DNA from: Dendrobates tinctorius
Lineage: Eukaryota
Reading direction: 5' to 3'
Length of the DNA: 64,000 nt
NCBI RefSeq assembly: GCF_039654945.1
Contig: NW_027361751.1
Location: 29,450,001-29,514,000, forward strand
Below are positions 12,720 to 26,262 of the stretch, piece by piece. A program made the translations under genes and the position numbers. Every line of letters begins with the position of its first letter. Position 1 is the stretch's first letter. Under the pieces are notes generated by a model. That model was not told where the DNA came from. It did no database searches and saw only the letters and a program-made list of their open reading frames with translations.

Positions 12720-15259
12720 TGCTTGACCTACGCTCCACTCATTTCCAATTTGTCTGCCAATTGTTGTGCTCTGCTTTTTCTGGCAGCCCTATAGAGAATG
12801 ACTGGAGCAATGGTCGGGCATCTGACCTGCTCCATTTAACAATGAGATAAAAAGTTCCACGTTGAGTATAAAAATTCCCCGATCTGCCGATAGGTGCAAC
12901 TTCCAGCCGGGGGTCACCCCCTAATCATAAAGTTATCACTAAAAGTTACAACTGATGACCAAGTCAATTGAAAATCTGCTGTCACCCGCCTGCACAATGC
13001 TGATGTCCGCCACCAGCCGGAGCAGTATCTGATCTGTGTAGGGCCCAGGTGTTGGACCACCACGAATCTCACATTGATGACCTAACCTGTGGATAGGTCA
13101 TCAACTGTTAAGTACCAGCCAACCCTTTAAAATATTTATACAAAAAAATAGAAATCTTAAATTCCAAACCTTTGTGAATCTCAGCAAAGCACAGAGATCA
13201 AGGCTTTAAAGCAAAAGGGATCAGACGCAAAACAGAGGAGACGTTCTCCTCACTGCAAAAAGATGGTTTGAAATGAGTAGTGAAATAAATCCTCATTTAC
13301 ATGGTACAATTAAATGGATCTTAGAAACTGTCTCGGTGCTGACTGAACGGAGGGATCTTCAGCATAGTGAAAGAGAAAGGCCAGACAGCCGCCATCATCA
13401 CAAATATCCCTCCCGCTATTTGCATTTTAAGTGACTGTTCCAGGACGGGCCCCGAGGAGAACAGACGCGCTGACCACGACGTACACTTCTCTGTAAAACG
13501 AATCTGTATTCATCATTGTGTTTAAAGGTGAATATTAAATCCCGCTCCGAATGGTTATTCCCAAAATTAGCCGCACTCAGCACAATAAACCTGTCGAGGC
13601 CGTGACACAAGCGCTTATAAATGAGGCACAAGATAATTTTATCGAAGCCTAAATAACAAAGCGCAGGGATACGAAGGGTCAATGCTTAACGCAGACATCT
13701 ACATAACAAAGGTCCACAACCACGATGGACTATTTCATTTTGGGAGAAGGGTAGTATGCCCATTTTTGAGGTTGCGGGAAGAGAATGGCTCAGGGGTTAG
13801 ACCTGAGGCACCAAGGCCATAGGTTCACCCAGATGAAGAAAATGTCTCCTCAGAGTCTGACCAACCTCCAATTGCTTGCTATGTTTTTTTGGTCATGTTT
13901 CAAAATGAACCTTTCAGCGAATAGATCAATGTGGTATGGGGTCTTATTTACATGACTGTTATTCTTCACCGTGTGACAGATGTCGATAACAAAGGATCCG
14001 GATCATGAGGACACATATCCAGTTATGGTGGAGCAGAGAGTCAATGGCTCCCTGCTCTGCCTCCGAGGCTCGGAGCAGAGATCATCAGCATCCAGTGCAA
14101 AGTCATCACTTCACTGCATTGAACAGGAAGATCCTGTGGCTCGTCATCGTAATAATGGACTCTAGCTACGCCCCTATGGGCGCATCCCTGTTCTTAAAGA
14201 GGACCCTTCACCTAGTCAAAAGTGTCCAGTTTTGCTTTTATTGCGCTCCAGTTTTAATCAAATCCGCGCTTTTATTAAAGAAGCCCTCCTCCTCCTCCCA
14301 TCAAAATTTTTATCCTGTTAATATATTGCAGTCATCATATTATACAGCACTGTGTACTTACAATTGCTCATTTTTCCTTTCTACCCAGATAATTCTTCTC
14401 TTTCCCATTAGGTCAATGACATCACGTGATTAAAATCTGACTAGCATGATTGCCTGATTCCCAAAGTTACATTTCTCTCCGCTCATTCTTTGCCTGACCC
14501 CAGAGGCTGCTTCACCTGGAGCAAAGAGGTTTGGGGGGGGGGGGGGGGGGTTACGCACATTTTGGTGGTAGGTATCGGTGCCAGATGGTCCTGCATCTGT
14601 CAAGCATTTATGGCCTATGCAGGGGATAGACAATAAAGGTGTAAGGTGGGAATACCGCTATAACAAAGTTTGAGAGTGCATATAAATACGCAGGATTTCG
14701 TAGTGAGCGGTCTGGAGCTATTGATGTGAAGTTTTTGCAGACTGAGTGCAAAATAAAATTTGAGCAGAGAATAAAATAAAATAAAATAAAATATGTCATG
14801 TGTAAAAGAAAAGATCAAATCCTGGAGTCAGAAGAACAGAAAAAAGGATAAGAAAACATTAAAAAAATGCCACTTGGAAAAGATAAAATGTGACAATGCA
14901 TCTGACAGCAGAAGAAAGGCCTGCCAATAGAAAGTGAGATAAATGAAGCAAGCGTGGCTCACTGAAAGTCAAATGACAGGCGGAAATCTTCGCGGATCAG
15001 ACTGACGCCAAGAGATGCACAGGAGACACAAAGACCCATAAACAGGAGTCTTTATTAATCCATTCAGTGTAAGAAGAAAAGAGCCGTCACCTCACGGGTA
15101 CTAGACGGCGACAGCAGAGGAACCACGAGAAAGACGGTGTCGAAAGCTGAAAGTTCCACACGAGGCTGGAAGACCCTCACTTACAAGAAAAGGGGTCCCC
15201 CAATTACTGACTCCCTTGCTAGGTGGGTACATACCGCTGCACCTGAGTGGGGGCTGCTG

Positions 15260-16175
15260 ACACTAGCGAGATCGCTGATTTTGTGACACCACACGAGATC
15301 GCTGTGTGTGACAGGGATCAGCGACCGGCCCCCCTGCCGGGTATCGCTGATTGTGCCTGGGCCATTTTTTTCATTGCTGGTCTCCCGCTGGCCAGCACGC
15401 ATCGCTGCATGTGGCAGCGAGAGACCAGCGATCAGCGACGCTGGATTCTAATGTAAACAGAGGGTATCCAGGAGCCGCGGCTCTTAGATACCCGATGTTT
15501 ACATTGGAAACCAGCTTGCTCGCTGGAGGGGCTGTCTATGTGACAGCTTACCAGCGATCAGCCTAACGAAGTCCCAGTGATCCCATCCATGTCGGATCGT
15601 TGGTGGGACCGCTGGGACAACGTTATGTGTAACGGGGCCTTTAGGCTATGTGCACACCACAGGTATTTCAGGCAGGTGACCCTGCTGAGCTTTTCAAGAA
15701 AAAGACGCTTCAAGGAAACACCAGTGTTTTGGGTTTTTTTCCTGGAGCACTTTGTGGGTACTTTTTTGGAGGGGGCCATTTCCTGACCTTTTTTCTTTTT
15801 TTTTTAACTGCTTGTGTTTTTCTTTACTGGTGTTTTCTGGAAGTTTTTTCTCTTCTTTTTAACCCCATTCAATAATGAAGAAACCACTAGGGTTTATTTA
15901 AAGATAAAAATGATGCCAAGATACTCGAAAAGACATTGAGGATTCTATGGAGGCTTCCCACTGTCTTGTGTTGTAAAATAACCATCGTCTTCAGACTAAA
16001 GATGCCTGAAGAACGGTCAGCTCGCTTGTTTTTTTATAACTGCTAAAAGACTGAACAGCGAGTCGTTTTTCCATAAAAATGCTTGTTATTACATTTTTTA
16101 GCATTTTCTGGGTGCCTTTTTCAGCCGGGGGTTTCAGATCAGACCTGCCTGAAAAAGATGACGGGTGCACATACA
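15260..16175. mobile_element. Two adjacent Harbinger-type palindromic MITEs (about 15260-15640 and 15644-16175)
   Basis: ...TGTAACGGGGCCT|TTA|GGCTATGTGCACA... junction; internal inverted repeats. Confidence 0.55.
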
Positions 16176-16332
16176 CACGAGCCATATTGATGCAGTATTT
16201 TAGTCCAGTGTCAGGAGTGGGAGAGGGGAGGAATTACACAGGAACGACTCTACGTCTGCCCTTTTTGCAATCGTCTCATGGTTTAGGCGTAATAATCAGC
16301 GGGAACGCTGTGACAGCGCCCTTAGGACCTAC

Positions 16333-16470
16333 CAGGAGAACGGTGTAGAAGCCAGGCTGGGTCTCCCACTGCTTGAGCTGCTCCCCCGCCGGCTTCAGGA
16401 CCCTCGAATCTTGGCTGCTCGCCTGGGTCAGGACCTGAAGCACAACGCTGCTGGCACTGTTCAGATCCAT
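16333..16470 (-). CDS. IPO11: Importin-11, first coding exon (MDLNSASSVVLQVLTQASSQDSRVLKPAGEQLKQWETQPGFYTVLL)
   Basis: ATG at 16470; 138 coding nt; TTTGCAG acceptor (exon starts 16483, 13 nt UTR); GTAGGT donor; matches the recalled IPO11 N-terminus. Confidence 0.96.
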
Positions 16471-17099
16471 CAGACCCAGGAATCTGCAAAAGAAAAAGCA
16501 CAAAAATCAGCAAATGTCCTAACACCAGCAAAGGCGAATAAGACCTTGGTGTGAAATGATCGCTCCCGATCCCAAGAACAGGTCAATTTATGCTGTGGAT
16601 TTTTTTTTTTTTTTTTTTTACATCACATGAGAATCAGATCCCATAAAATCTCATCCACAATGCTGCCGTATCAAGACGCATGGGATTTTCAGGCCAGAAA
16701 TTTGCTGTGTTTTCATTTAATACTTACATGAAGATACTGATTTGAGGGAGATCCTGCAATTAGTAGGTAATTGTTACCCTGAAGGGCTCGCCGGAGTGTA
16801 TGTTCATGCAAACTTTTTTTTTCCAGATTTTTTGTTATTTTTAATATGATCCACTTTGAAAATGATAAAAAACACGAAAAACAATCCTAAATTTAATATC
16901 TTGTTGTTTATGTGTTCAGGTTTTTGAGCGTGTTTCAAATACTTTAGCTTTACAAAAACGCCAAGAAGTGAGCTGACCAATCTTCAAGAGATTTCTGCTT
17001 GGAAGAATCTCCATAGTTTACAACTTAAGTCAATGGGAAGGCGCCAGCGTTTTTTTCCTTGCTTAGAGCGGTTGTCTGGGGTACAAGTTTGCATATACA

Positions 17100-18664
17100 C
17101 ACTGCTCAAAAAAATAAAGGGAACACTGAAACAACAGAATCTAACTCTAAGTAAATCAAACTTCTGTGAAAACAAACTGTCCACTTTGGAAGTAACACTG
17201 ACAATCAATTTCACATGCTGTTGTGCAAATGGAATAGACAACAGATGTTAATTATTGGCAATTATCAAGACACCCTTAGTAAAGGAGTGGTTCTGCAGGT
17301 GGGGACCACAGACCACATCTCAGTACCAATGCTTTATGGCTGATGTTTTGGTCACTTTTGAATGTTGGTTGTGCTTTCACACTCGTGGTAGTATCAGACA
17401 GGCTCTACAACCCACACAAGTGGCTCAGGTAGTGCAGCTCATCCAGGATGGCACATCAATGCGAGCTGTGGCAAGAAGGTTTGCAGTGTGTCAGCGTAGT
17501 GTCCAGAGGCTGGAGGTGCTACCAGGAGACAGGCCAGTACACCAGGAGACGTGAAGGGAGCCAAAGGAGGGCAACAACCCAGCAGCAGGACCGTTACCTC
17601 AGCCTTTGTGCAAGGAGGAACAGGAGAAGCACTGCAGAGCCCTGCAAAATGACCTCCAGCAGGCCACAAATGTGCATGTGTCTGCACAAACGGTTGGTCT
17701 GTGTGCCCAACGTCCACAGATGGGGGTTGTGCTCACAGCCCAACACTGTGCAGGACGCTTGGCATTTGCCACAGAACACCAGGATTGGCAAATTCGCCAC
17801 TGGCGCCCTGTGCTCCTTACAGATGAAAGCAGGTTCCCACTGAGCACGTGACAGACAAACGTTACAGAGTTTGGAGACGCTGTGGAGAGCGATCTGCTGC
17901 CTGCAACATCCTTCAGCATGACCGGTTTGGCAGCGGGTCAGTAATGGTGTGGGGTGGCATTTCTTTGGAGGGATGCACAGTCCTCCATGTGCTCGCCAGA
18001 GGTAGCCTGACTGCCAATAGGTACCGAGATGAGATCCTCAGACCCCTTGTGTGACCATATGCTGGTGCGGTTGGCCCTGGGTTCCTCCTAATTCAGGATA
18101 ATGCCAGACCTCATGTAGCTGGAGTGTTTCAGCATTTCCTGCAAGATGAAAGCATTGAAGCTATGGACTGGCCCGCTCGTTCCCCAGACCTGAATCCGAT
18201 TGAGCACATCTGGGACATCATGTCTCGCTCCATCCACCAACGTCACGTTGCACCACAGATTGTCCAGGAGTTGACTGAAGCTTTAACCCAGGTCTGGGAG
18301 GAGATCCCTCAGAAGAACATCCACCACCTCATCAGTAGCATTCCCAGGCGTTGTAGGGAGGTCATACCAGCACGTGGAGGCCACAAACAATTCTGTGCAT
18401 CATTTCTTTGTCTTCAAGTATTTCTACTGAAATTCGATCAGCCTGTAATTTGATTTTGATTTGAATCTGCACTTTGATTTTCAGTATCCTTCCAAATCCA
18501 GACCTCCATGGTATATTAATTTTGATTTTCATTGATAATTTCTATATTTTATTGTTCTCAATGCATGCCACTATGTAATGAATAAAGATTTGCAACTGGA
18601 ATATTTCATTCAGTGATATCTAGGATGTGGTATTTTAGTGTTCCCTTTATTTTTATGAGCAGTG
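17100..18664 (+). mobile_element. Tc1-like DD34E transposon, full length, decayed
   Basis: TIRs CACTGCTCAAAAAAATAAAGGGAACACT / AGTGTTCCCTTTATTTTTATGAGCAGTG|TA; TDESRF, QDNARPH and [13 protein letters not shown] motifs with frameshifts and stops. Confidence 0.92.
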
Positions 18665-19249
18665 TATGTGATCAGGTGCCGGGCTACACATCCGTAGCCT
18701 AGATCAGTACAAGTGAATTGTAACTCAGAAAGTGGCTGGGAGTATGCATTTCACATACGGCAACCCATTTTCCAAGCTATAATACTCTCGCCCAGGAACA
18801 GAAGAGATCCATAAATTGATATAAAATAAGTTTATTCATCAATATATTAAAAAATAAGTTAATAAAAAATAAGTATATTATTGGGAATGTATCAAAAAGA
18901 GACACACACTATAGCTGGCATAAAAAGTGATCAAACAGGAACAGAACATAGTGTCAAAATAATCTATTAAATAATTCCAAATTCAGTGTTTATTAGAAAT
19001 TACATACCCTAGAAAATTTGCAAAATCAACAGTGTATTAAATACTTATTTTCCCCACTGTATGTGCCCATATAGGACAGATATATACATCCAACGCAGAC
19101 CCCGACCCCTCTCTTCAGGACACCACGTTAATAAAGGCTCCATGAAAGGGGTAGGGGCTCTGGGTTACTTTTACTATCTTCCCCTATTACTCAAAACATT
19201 TAGCACCTATCAGAAGATAACCGGCTCCTGGGCATGATAATGTCATGTT

Positions 19250-21416
19250 GAACTGGACAAACGCTGTAATAATGCTTCAGCAAGCATCCAGAATTGCAGA
19301 ACGGCGCTGGAAGAAAACACATTCGCAAGATGACTTCACTGCACTCAAACAAGCAACACTCACATTCAAATCAGCTCTCACCTCTGCTAAACAGGCCTTC
19401 TTTACATCCCTTGTATCTTCCTTATTCCACAACCCCAAACAGTTGTTCAATACTTTTAACTCCCTCCTCCGCTCACCACTGCCCCCTCCGACTTCCTAAT
19501 CCCTGACAAGGACTTTGCCGCACACTTCAAAAACAAGATAGACCAAACACGGCAAGTCTTTATTGCCCAACCACCACAATCCCTTTGAATACCAGACCAA
19601 TGCTCAAACCCCATAACCTCTTTATCTAACATCACTGAAGGGGAGCTTGCTCATCTTCTCTCCAAATCACACCTCACCACTTATGCACTTGACCCCTCCT
19701 CCCCAACATCACCACCACTCTTATCCCATCCCTAACCCACCTCTTCAACCTATCACTAACTTATGGTAGCTTCCCTTCTGCTTTCAAACATGCCACAATC
19801 ACGCCTATCCTTAAAAAGCCAACCCTCGATCCAACAGCCACGTCCAGCTATCGCCCAATATCGCTGCTCCCATTCGCTTCTAAACTCCTGGAGCAGCATG
19901 TCCACGCTGAACTTTCCTCCCACCTCTCATCTAACTTGCTCTTTGACAATCTACAATCTTGCTTCCGTCCCCATCACTCCACCGAGACGGCCCTGACCAA
20001 AATTACCAACGACCTAAACACTGCCAAAGCTAACGGACAATACTCTATGCTCCTCCTTCTAGACCTGTCCTCTGCTTTCGACACAGTTGACCACTGCCTC
20101 CTACTACAGATCCTCTCCTCCTTTGGCATCAAAGACCTCGCCCTATCCTGGATCTCCTCATACCTTTCCAACCGCACATTCAGAGTTTCCCGCTCCCACA
20201 ATACCTCCTCATCCCACCCTCTCTCTGTTGGAGTACCCCAAGGCTCTGTTCTAGGACGCCTACTCTTCTCAATCTATATACACTTGGCCTGGGGCAACTC
20301 ATAAAGTCCCACGGATTCCAGTACCACCTTTATGCCAATGATACTCAGATCTACCTCTCTGCTCTCCAGAATCCCAGAGTGTCTATCAGCCATATCCTCC
20401 TTCTTCTCCTCTCGCTTCCTCAAACTCAATGTGGACAAATCTGAACTGATTATCTTTCCCCCATCTCACAGATCTTCCTTACCCGGCCTTTCTATAACAA
20501 TTGACATCACACTTTTCCCCATACCAGAGGTATGCTGCCTCGGAGTTAACCTTGACTCTGCCCAGTCCTTCAAACCACACATCCAAGCTCTCTCCACCTC
20601 CTGTCTCCTCCAGCTCAAAAATATCTCCAGAATCCGTCCCTTCCTCAACCTTCAATCTACTAAAATGCTTGTGCATGCCCTCATCATCTCCCGCCTCGAC
20701 TATTGCAACATCCTTTTCTGTGGCCTCCCTGCTAACACCCTTGCACCTCTCCAGTCCATCCTCAACTCTGCCACCCGACTAATTCATCTCTCTCCTCGCT
20801 ACTCCTCCGCTTTTCCCCGCTGCAAATCTCTTCACTGGCTCCCACTCCCTCAGCGTATCCAATTCAAATGACTAATACTGACCTACAAGGCCATCTATAA
20901 CCTGTCTCCACCATATATCTCTGAATTAATCTCCCGATACCTTCCCTCACGTAATCTCTGGTCCTCCCAAGACCTCCTTCTCTCCTCCACACTTATTCGC
21001 TCCTCACCCAACCGCCTCCAAGACTTCTCCCGAATAGCCCCCATCCTATGGAATTCCCTGCCCCAACACATCCGGCAATCGACCACACTCGGATCCTTCA
21101 GACGGAACCTGAAAACCCATCTCTTCAGGAAAGCCTACAGCCTGCAATGATCCCCGCTGCCTCCTCACCACTACTGGAGCTACCGCCTCACCATCACTGG
21201 AGCTGCTGCAACCCCCCCCCCCCAACCTACTGTCTCCTTCCCCACCATCCTGTAGCATATAAGCCCGAAAGGGCAGGGTCTTCTCTCCCCTCTAAATCAG
21301 TCTGTGATTGTTAGTTTGTTTACTGTAAGTGATATCTGAAATTTGTATGTAACCCCTTCTCATGTACAGCACCATGGAACCAATGATGCTTTAAAAATAA
21401 TAATAATAATAATAAT
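19250..21416 (+). mobile_element. L2 LINE, 5'-truncated, ORF2 RT pseudogene with 3' tail
   Basis: [28 protein letters not shown] (YADD equivalent), ISRLDYCN and LHWLP motifs; ends in (AAT)n. Confidence 0.93.
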
Positions 21417-21639
21417 GGCTGCAGAATAAAGAGTTTAATTTTGCCTTTCAATTGCGTACATATTAGCAATCAAAGTACTGGGGACCTAATGAGTTAACAT
21501 TTGTTAAGTCCAATGTGGTGTTATCAGAGAGATTTTACTAGGGGAGTGTACTTCTCACTCTATGATGATGACCAATCATAAGCAGGCAACAGCAGAAACA
21601 AACACACCCCCATATGTATTTTAGATTTCTCGGTGTGAG

Positions 21640-22070
21640 AGATGTGAAGATACAGCCTCTGATCTCCTGGTCTAACCTCCTGCGTGATTTGGAAGTGCAG
21701 CCGAGGTTATCTGTGCCACATTACAACCCCTTCTATCAGCTCTCCCCACTGTTTGCTCTGCTGTACCCCTTTGAAGATGTGTCACTCTTATGTCTTTTGT
21801 GCTCACAGTATCTTGTAATCCCTCTGCAGTGAAAACATACCTGATATAATTTCATCTCACACAGGAGTCGCTTCTGCTCAAACTACACAGGGATTGCAAG
21901 ATTCACTTAGCACAATGGACATAAGTGTGATTACTGACTCATCTCCAGACAGATAGTATGAGGGGAGGGACAGAACAGCAGCGCTGACTGTGCTGTGCAG
22001 CCCGTCCCCACCCCCACACTGATTCATGCAGGAGGTTAGACCAGAAGATCAGGGCTTTATCATTACATCT
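21640..22070. repeat. Palindromic MITE-like element
   Basis: GATCTCCTGGTCTAACCTCCTGC and GCAGGAGGTTAGACCAGAAGATC are mirror copies; interior also inverted. Confidence 0.55.
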
Positions 22071-22530
22071 TAGGGTGCCTACTGGAGACGAAAATGATGA
22101 GCCGAAAGAGTGAACGTGGTCTCTGTTGTGTCTTTGTAGTCTATGGCCCCGTCGGTGCATATGCCAGAATAATATTTTGCGGGGGAGGGGGGGGTTCGGA
22201 AGTATGCCCTGAAGGGACCAACGAATGGGCGCAAAAACAGTGTAAAAGCACCATTACACACCAAGAATTCTAAGCTATGGTAGGTTGTGTCCTTTGTCTG
22301 ATGTGCTGTTGCATGCTTGTGATTGCTCAGCATCATATAAGTTCACATCCCCAGTGAAAATAGTCTGAGAACACCAACTTGGACAATATTTGGCACCCAA
22401 TAAATTATTTGCCAATATCTCCACAACGGAGAGGCAAAATTAAGCTGAAGCTGGTGCTGCCGTGGAGGGACCCAGGCGGGCGCTGCCGTGGAGGGACATA
22501 GGTCGGTGATTCTGTGGATATACTGAGGCT

Positions 22531-22678
22531 GGCGACGCCGCGGAGGGATGCGGGATGGCGACGCCGCGGAGGGACGCGGGATGGCGACGCCGCGGAGGGA
22601 CTCGGGATGGCGACGCCGCGGAGGGACGCGGGCTGGCGACGCCGCGGAGGGACGCGGGCTGGCGATGCTGTGGAGGGT
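22531..22678. repeat. 26-bp CpG-rich VNTR (GGCGACGCCGCGGAGGGACGCGGGAT), about 5.7 copies
   Basis: Directly visible; degenerate copies at 22453-22500. Confidence 0.92.
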
Positions 22679-22936
22679 ATTACTCTGACAGTGCTCCGGG
22701 GCTCTGTGATTTGGTGCTCCCTGGAGAGTCCCTCTGTTCCGTTTCCCCGGTGCTGGGGCATGTACGGCAGTGGAGTCAGTACCGGACACGGCGGAGCACT
22801 GACGGCTCTTTATTAGTTGCAGTCTGCACCGGTCACACGGGGTCTCTGGGCAGCACACACACGGGCTGAGCTACACGTGGCTCCCGGGCACACGGAGCGC
22901 GGATGAGGACGGGGCTCGCACTGATCACACACTCAC

Positions 22937-23000
22937 CTCTCTGCTCCCGGCGTGCGCAGTGTACGTGAGAGCAGCGCGAGATGAGCGAGTATCGCGAGAG
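22937..23000 (-). other. IPO11: Probable IPO11 non-coding exon 1 (5' boundary unknown)
   Basis: Strong donor GAG|GTGAGT at 22937/22936 inside the CpG island; weaker alternative CGG|GTGAGA at 23101/23100. Confidence 0.55.
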
Positions 23001-23293
23001 TGCGGCCGTCCTCCCGGCAAGTGGACGCAGTAATACACGAGGAGACTCCCACACCTCCATTACACCGAGCAGGACCGGGCAACCCGGCGCCATCTCTCAC
23101 CCGGGGCCGCTGTGCCACGTATATACTGCAATATTCCTCTCCTGGAGCAGCCACTTCGCAAGCTCAGGACTGCACTTCCCGGCATGCATCTGGCGGCAGT
23201 GTCGCGGCTGGTGACGTCATTCCTCCGCGCAAGCCTGGAGTTTAGCTTTAGCACGTTGCTGTTTCGCTGTTTAGTATCAGAAGAAGATTCAAC
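22950..23293. promoter_or_regulatory. Bidirectional CpG-island promoter for IPO11 and DIMT1
   Basis: GC/CpG-rich between divergent genes; full CRE TGACGTCA at 23212-23219; ETS-like CACTTCC at 23173; NRF1-like GCGTGCGCA near 22950. Confidence 0.7.
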
Positions 23294-23351
23294 ATGCCGA
23301 AAGTGAAGTCTGAGAAGAAAAGCCGCAAACACCAGGAGATCCGGAGCCAGG
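23294..23351 (+). CDS. DIMT1: 18S rRNA dimethyladenosine transferase, exon 1 (MPKVKSEKKSRKHQEIRSQG)
   Basis: AACATG start; G|GTGAGT donor; the 12 exons sum to 921 nt = 306 aa + stop. Confidence 0.93.
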
Positions 23352-23643
23352 GTGAGTGCGGGGCGGCTTCTAGATACCGCATGTAGTGTGCACAGCACTG
23401 TGCTCCGGGTTACTGATCCCACGTGTTATACAGGGACTGCTAATATACCTGACAGGTCTTATGTCCCCCACAACATCTCCAGAATCTTTTCTTTGCATTG
23501 CTCCTTTGTTATTCCTCTTGGAAATCTATAAATAAATTGGGGGCAGTTTTCCTATAAAGTCTGACACCGATCACTGAGCCGTTATTATCAAGTGCGGGGA
23601 CACGCCTCCGACTGGTGCCGCCCTGTTGTCAGATTATTTCCAG

Positions 23644-24859
23644 CAGGGCTGTGGAGTCGGTAAGCCAAACCTGCGACTCCGACTCCTCAATTTCCCTTAC
23701 CCTGACTCCCACATATATTGCTTATATTTAAGTGAAAAATGTATTGTAGTACAATGTGAACATCAGACATTTAATCATTTCTATGATCCAATAATCAAGA
23801 TATGTAGATAGAACATAATATCTATTTATTGGAATACAACGTTAGAACACAAAAAACTGTAATAAATTGTAAATATGTAATACACTGTATAATATCGATT
23901 ACATATACTGTGTGTTTATATATATATATATTCACTATGTAATAGACTATAAGCGGCAAAAAACAGTTTTCAACAAAAACATACTAAATAACATTTGTGC
24001 AGTCTATGAATTTGTTCTGAGAAATAGAATTGCCTCCATCAGATCCTCCCTCATAGAAGACCTACAATCTGACCTAATAATTTTAAGGCCAGAGAACAAC
24101 CTCTCTACAGTAACTTGGGTTGGAGGCAAAGCCGTAACCACATGGGCAACATCTCTAACAATTTCCGGGTATAAAGGAATTGCCTCATGCACAGTCAGTT
24201 TTGATGAACGGTTGAATTTTTCTATTTCTTTGAGAGCAAGTGAAACATTTTGCTGAAATATGGTCAATCTGCTGCTATAGGAGACGGAGTGAAATCTTTT
24301 TCCTTGCGGCAACGCTATGCATGCTCCATGTCATACAAATACTTGTCAAAGTCAAACTCCTCATCTGCCCCCCTGTCTCTCGCTGGCTACGGCCATGATT
24401 CACACACAGCATTTTTGCGGATCCGTTTTTTGCAGTAAAATGCAGTGACTCTGGGCATCCCAGCAAAGTCAATGGGTTACAAGATATGACATTCAGACAC
24501 ATTGTTTTGGAAGGATCCGTTTTTGGGCTGAATGAGCATGTCGATTTGTGCGGCGTTTTTCTAATCTGCTTTTGATATTGAAAACATTATCTATGAGCTC
24601 AAAAACCTTTCAGGTGATGCGGTTTTTTAAAAAGCTGATCTGCTGAAAAACGTATCCTCAAAAACGCTGTGTGTGAATGTAGCCTTAGATCAGGAATAGA
24701 ACTGTCATTTATAGGACATTTCATAACTTTCCCAAATTCCTATGAAAAAATATTCAGCACATTCTGCATTGAACTACTGTACCCAATTTATTATATATTT
24801 TCGGAGTCGGTCCATTTTATTCCAACTCCACCAAAATGAGCACCGACTCCACAGCCCTG
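23644..24859 (-). mobile_element. hAT transposon deletion derivative retaining the C-terminal dimerization domain
   Basis: TIRs CAGGGCTGTGGAGTCGG / CCGACTCCACAGCCCTG; perfect 8-bp TSD ATTTCCAG; ORF 24004-24312 with PPTQVTVERLFSGLKIIRSD. Confidence 0.93.
24391..24684. mobile_element. Harbinger-type MITE nested in the hAT element
   Basis: GGCCATGATTCACACACAGC ... GCTGTGTGTGAATGTAGCC|TTA. Confidence 0.65.
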
Positions 24860-25518
24860 ATTTCCAGGACTAATAGCGGAGGCGCAGATCTCTGAGCGGA
24901 GACCCCCAGGGGTGACCATGCTGAGGACGGCTTCTTATTAGACAGTTAATTTTTTTACAGGTTTGACGACAAAAATGACAGTAATAAAATATAATGCAGC
25001 AAGGCGTCTGATGTGAATGCGCAAACAAGCGGCTACAAAAGTTATAAAAGTGGCATAAAAAGGGGCATCAGAGCGGGCACCGAAGGGTGATATGGAAAGG
25101 GTTAAATTGCACTGGGCCACTGATCGCACACCAGCAATACATACACAGTGACGGCAGCCCGGATGGCTAATGGGCATCAAATGTGTGAAAATTGGCTATC
25201 TGCCTGACCTGATGCCCAGAAGCCATCAGGGCCGGGCTGCCGCGAGCTGAGCTGGATGCGGCCGTCTCTATGTATGTATTGCTGGTGTGAGATCAGTCCC
25301 CCAAAGTCATTTAACCCTTGAAAAACACCAATTATTCAAATCATTAATATCGACCGTCTGCCCCCTGTAAAGGGACGTCACTTGCGGGGGCGACTGCAGG
25401 AGCCAGAACAGGCCGCTTGTAGTTTAGGAAAAAACACCTCCGACTCTAAATTGTGATGATATTTTTCATTCCATAAATGTTACGTCTCCAATATCCCTGA
25501 AATTCTTTACAGTTGTAA

Positions 25519-25707
<189 letters not shown>

Positions 25708-25710
25708 TAG

Positions 25711-25917
<207 letters not shown>

Positions 25918-25919
25918 TA

Positions 25920-26175
25920 GGGCAGCACGGTGGCTCAGTGGTTAGCACTGCATCGTTGCAGCGCTGGGCTCCTGAGCTCAGATCCCACCAAGAACATCTG
26001 CAAGGAGTTTGTATGTTCTCCCCTTGTTTACGTGGGTTTCCTATGGGTTTTCCGGTTTCCTCCCACATACCAAAGACATACTGATAGGGAATCTAGATTG
26101 TGAGCCTCAATGGGGACAGCGATGATGAGGTCTGTGGAAATTAATGGCATTTTAAAAGTGCGTAATATAAATTAA
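25920..26175 (+). mobile_element. tRNA-derived V-SINE with L2-like tail
   Basis: A box TGGCTCAGTGG; degenerate B box; V-domain GGAGTTTGTATGTTCTCCCC...CCGGTTTCCTCCCACA. Confidence 0.8.
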
Positions 26176-26200
26176 TATTCTCCCATCTCGTTCTTTCCAG

Positions 26201-26262
26201 GTTGTCGCTTGTGAGCTGGATATTCGACTCGTCGCTGAGCTTCAGAAGAGAGTCCAGGGCAC
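26201..26262 (+). CDS. DIMT1: DIMT1 exon 4 (VVACELDIRLVAELQKRVQG)
   Basis: 62 nt; CAG / GTAAGT boundaries. Confidence 0.96.

Noticed and set aside
25920-25990. Possible tRNA gene
   Set aside because: The A box continues into a V-SINE body; B box degenerate; no cloverleaf
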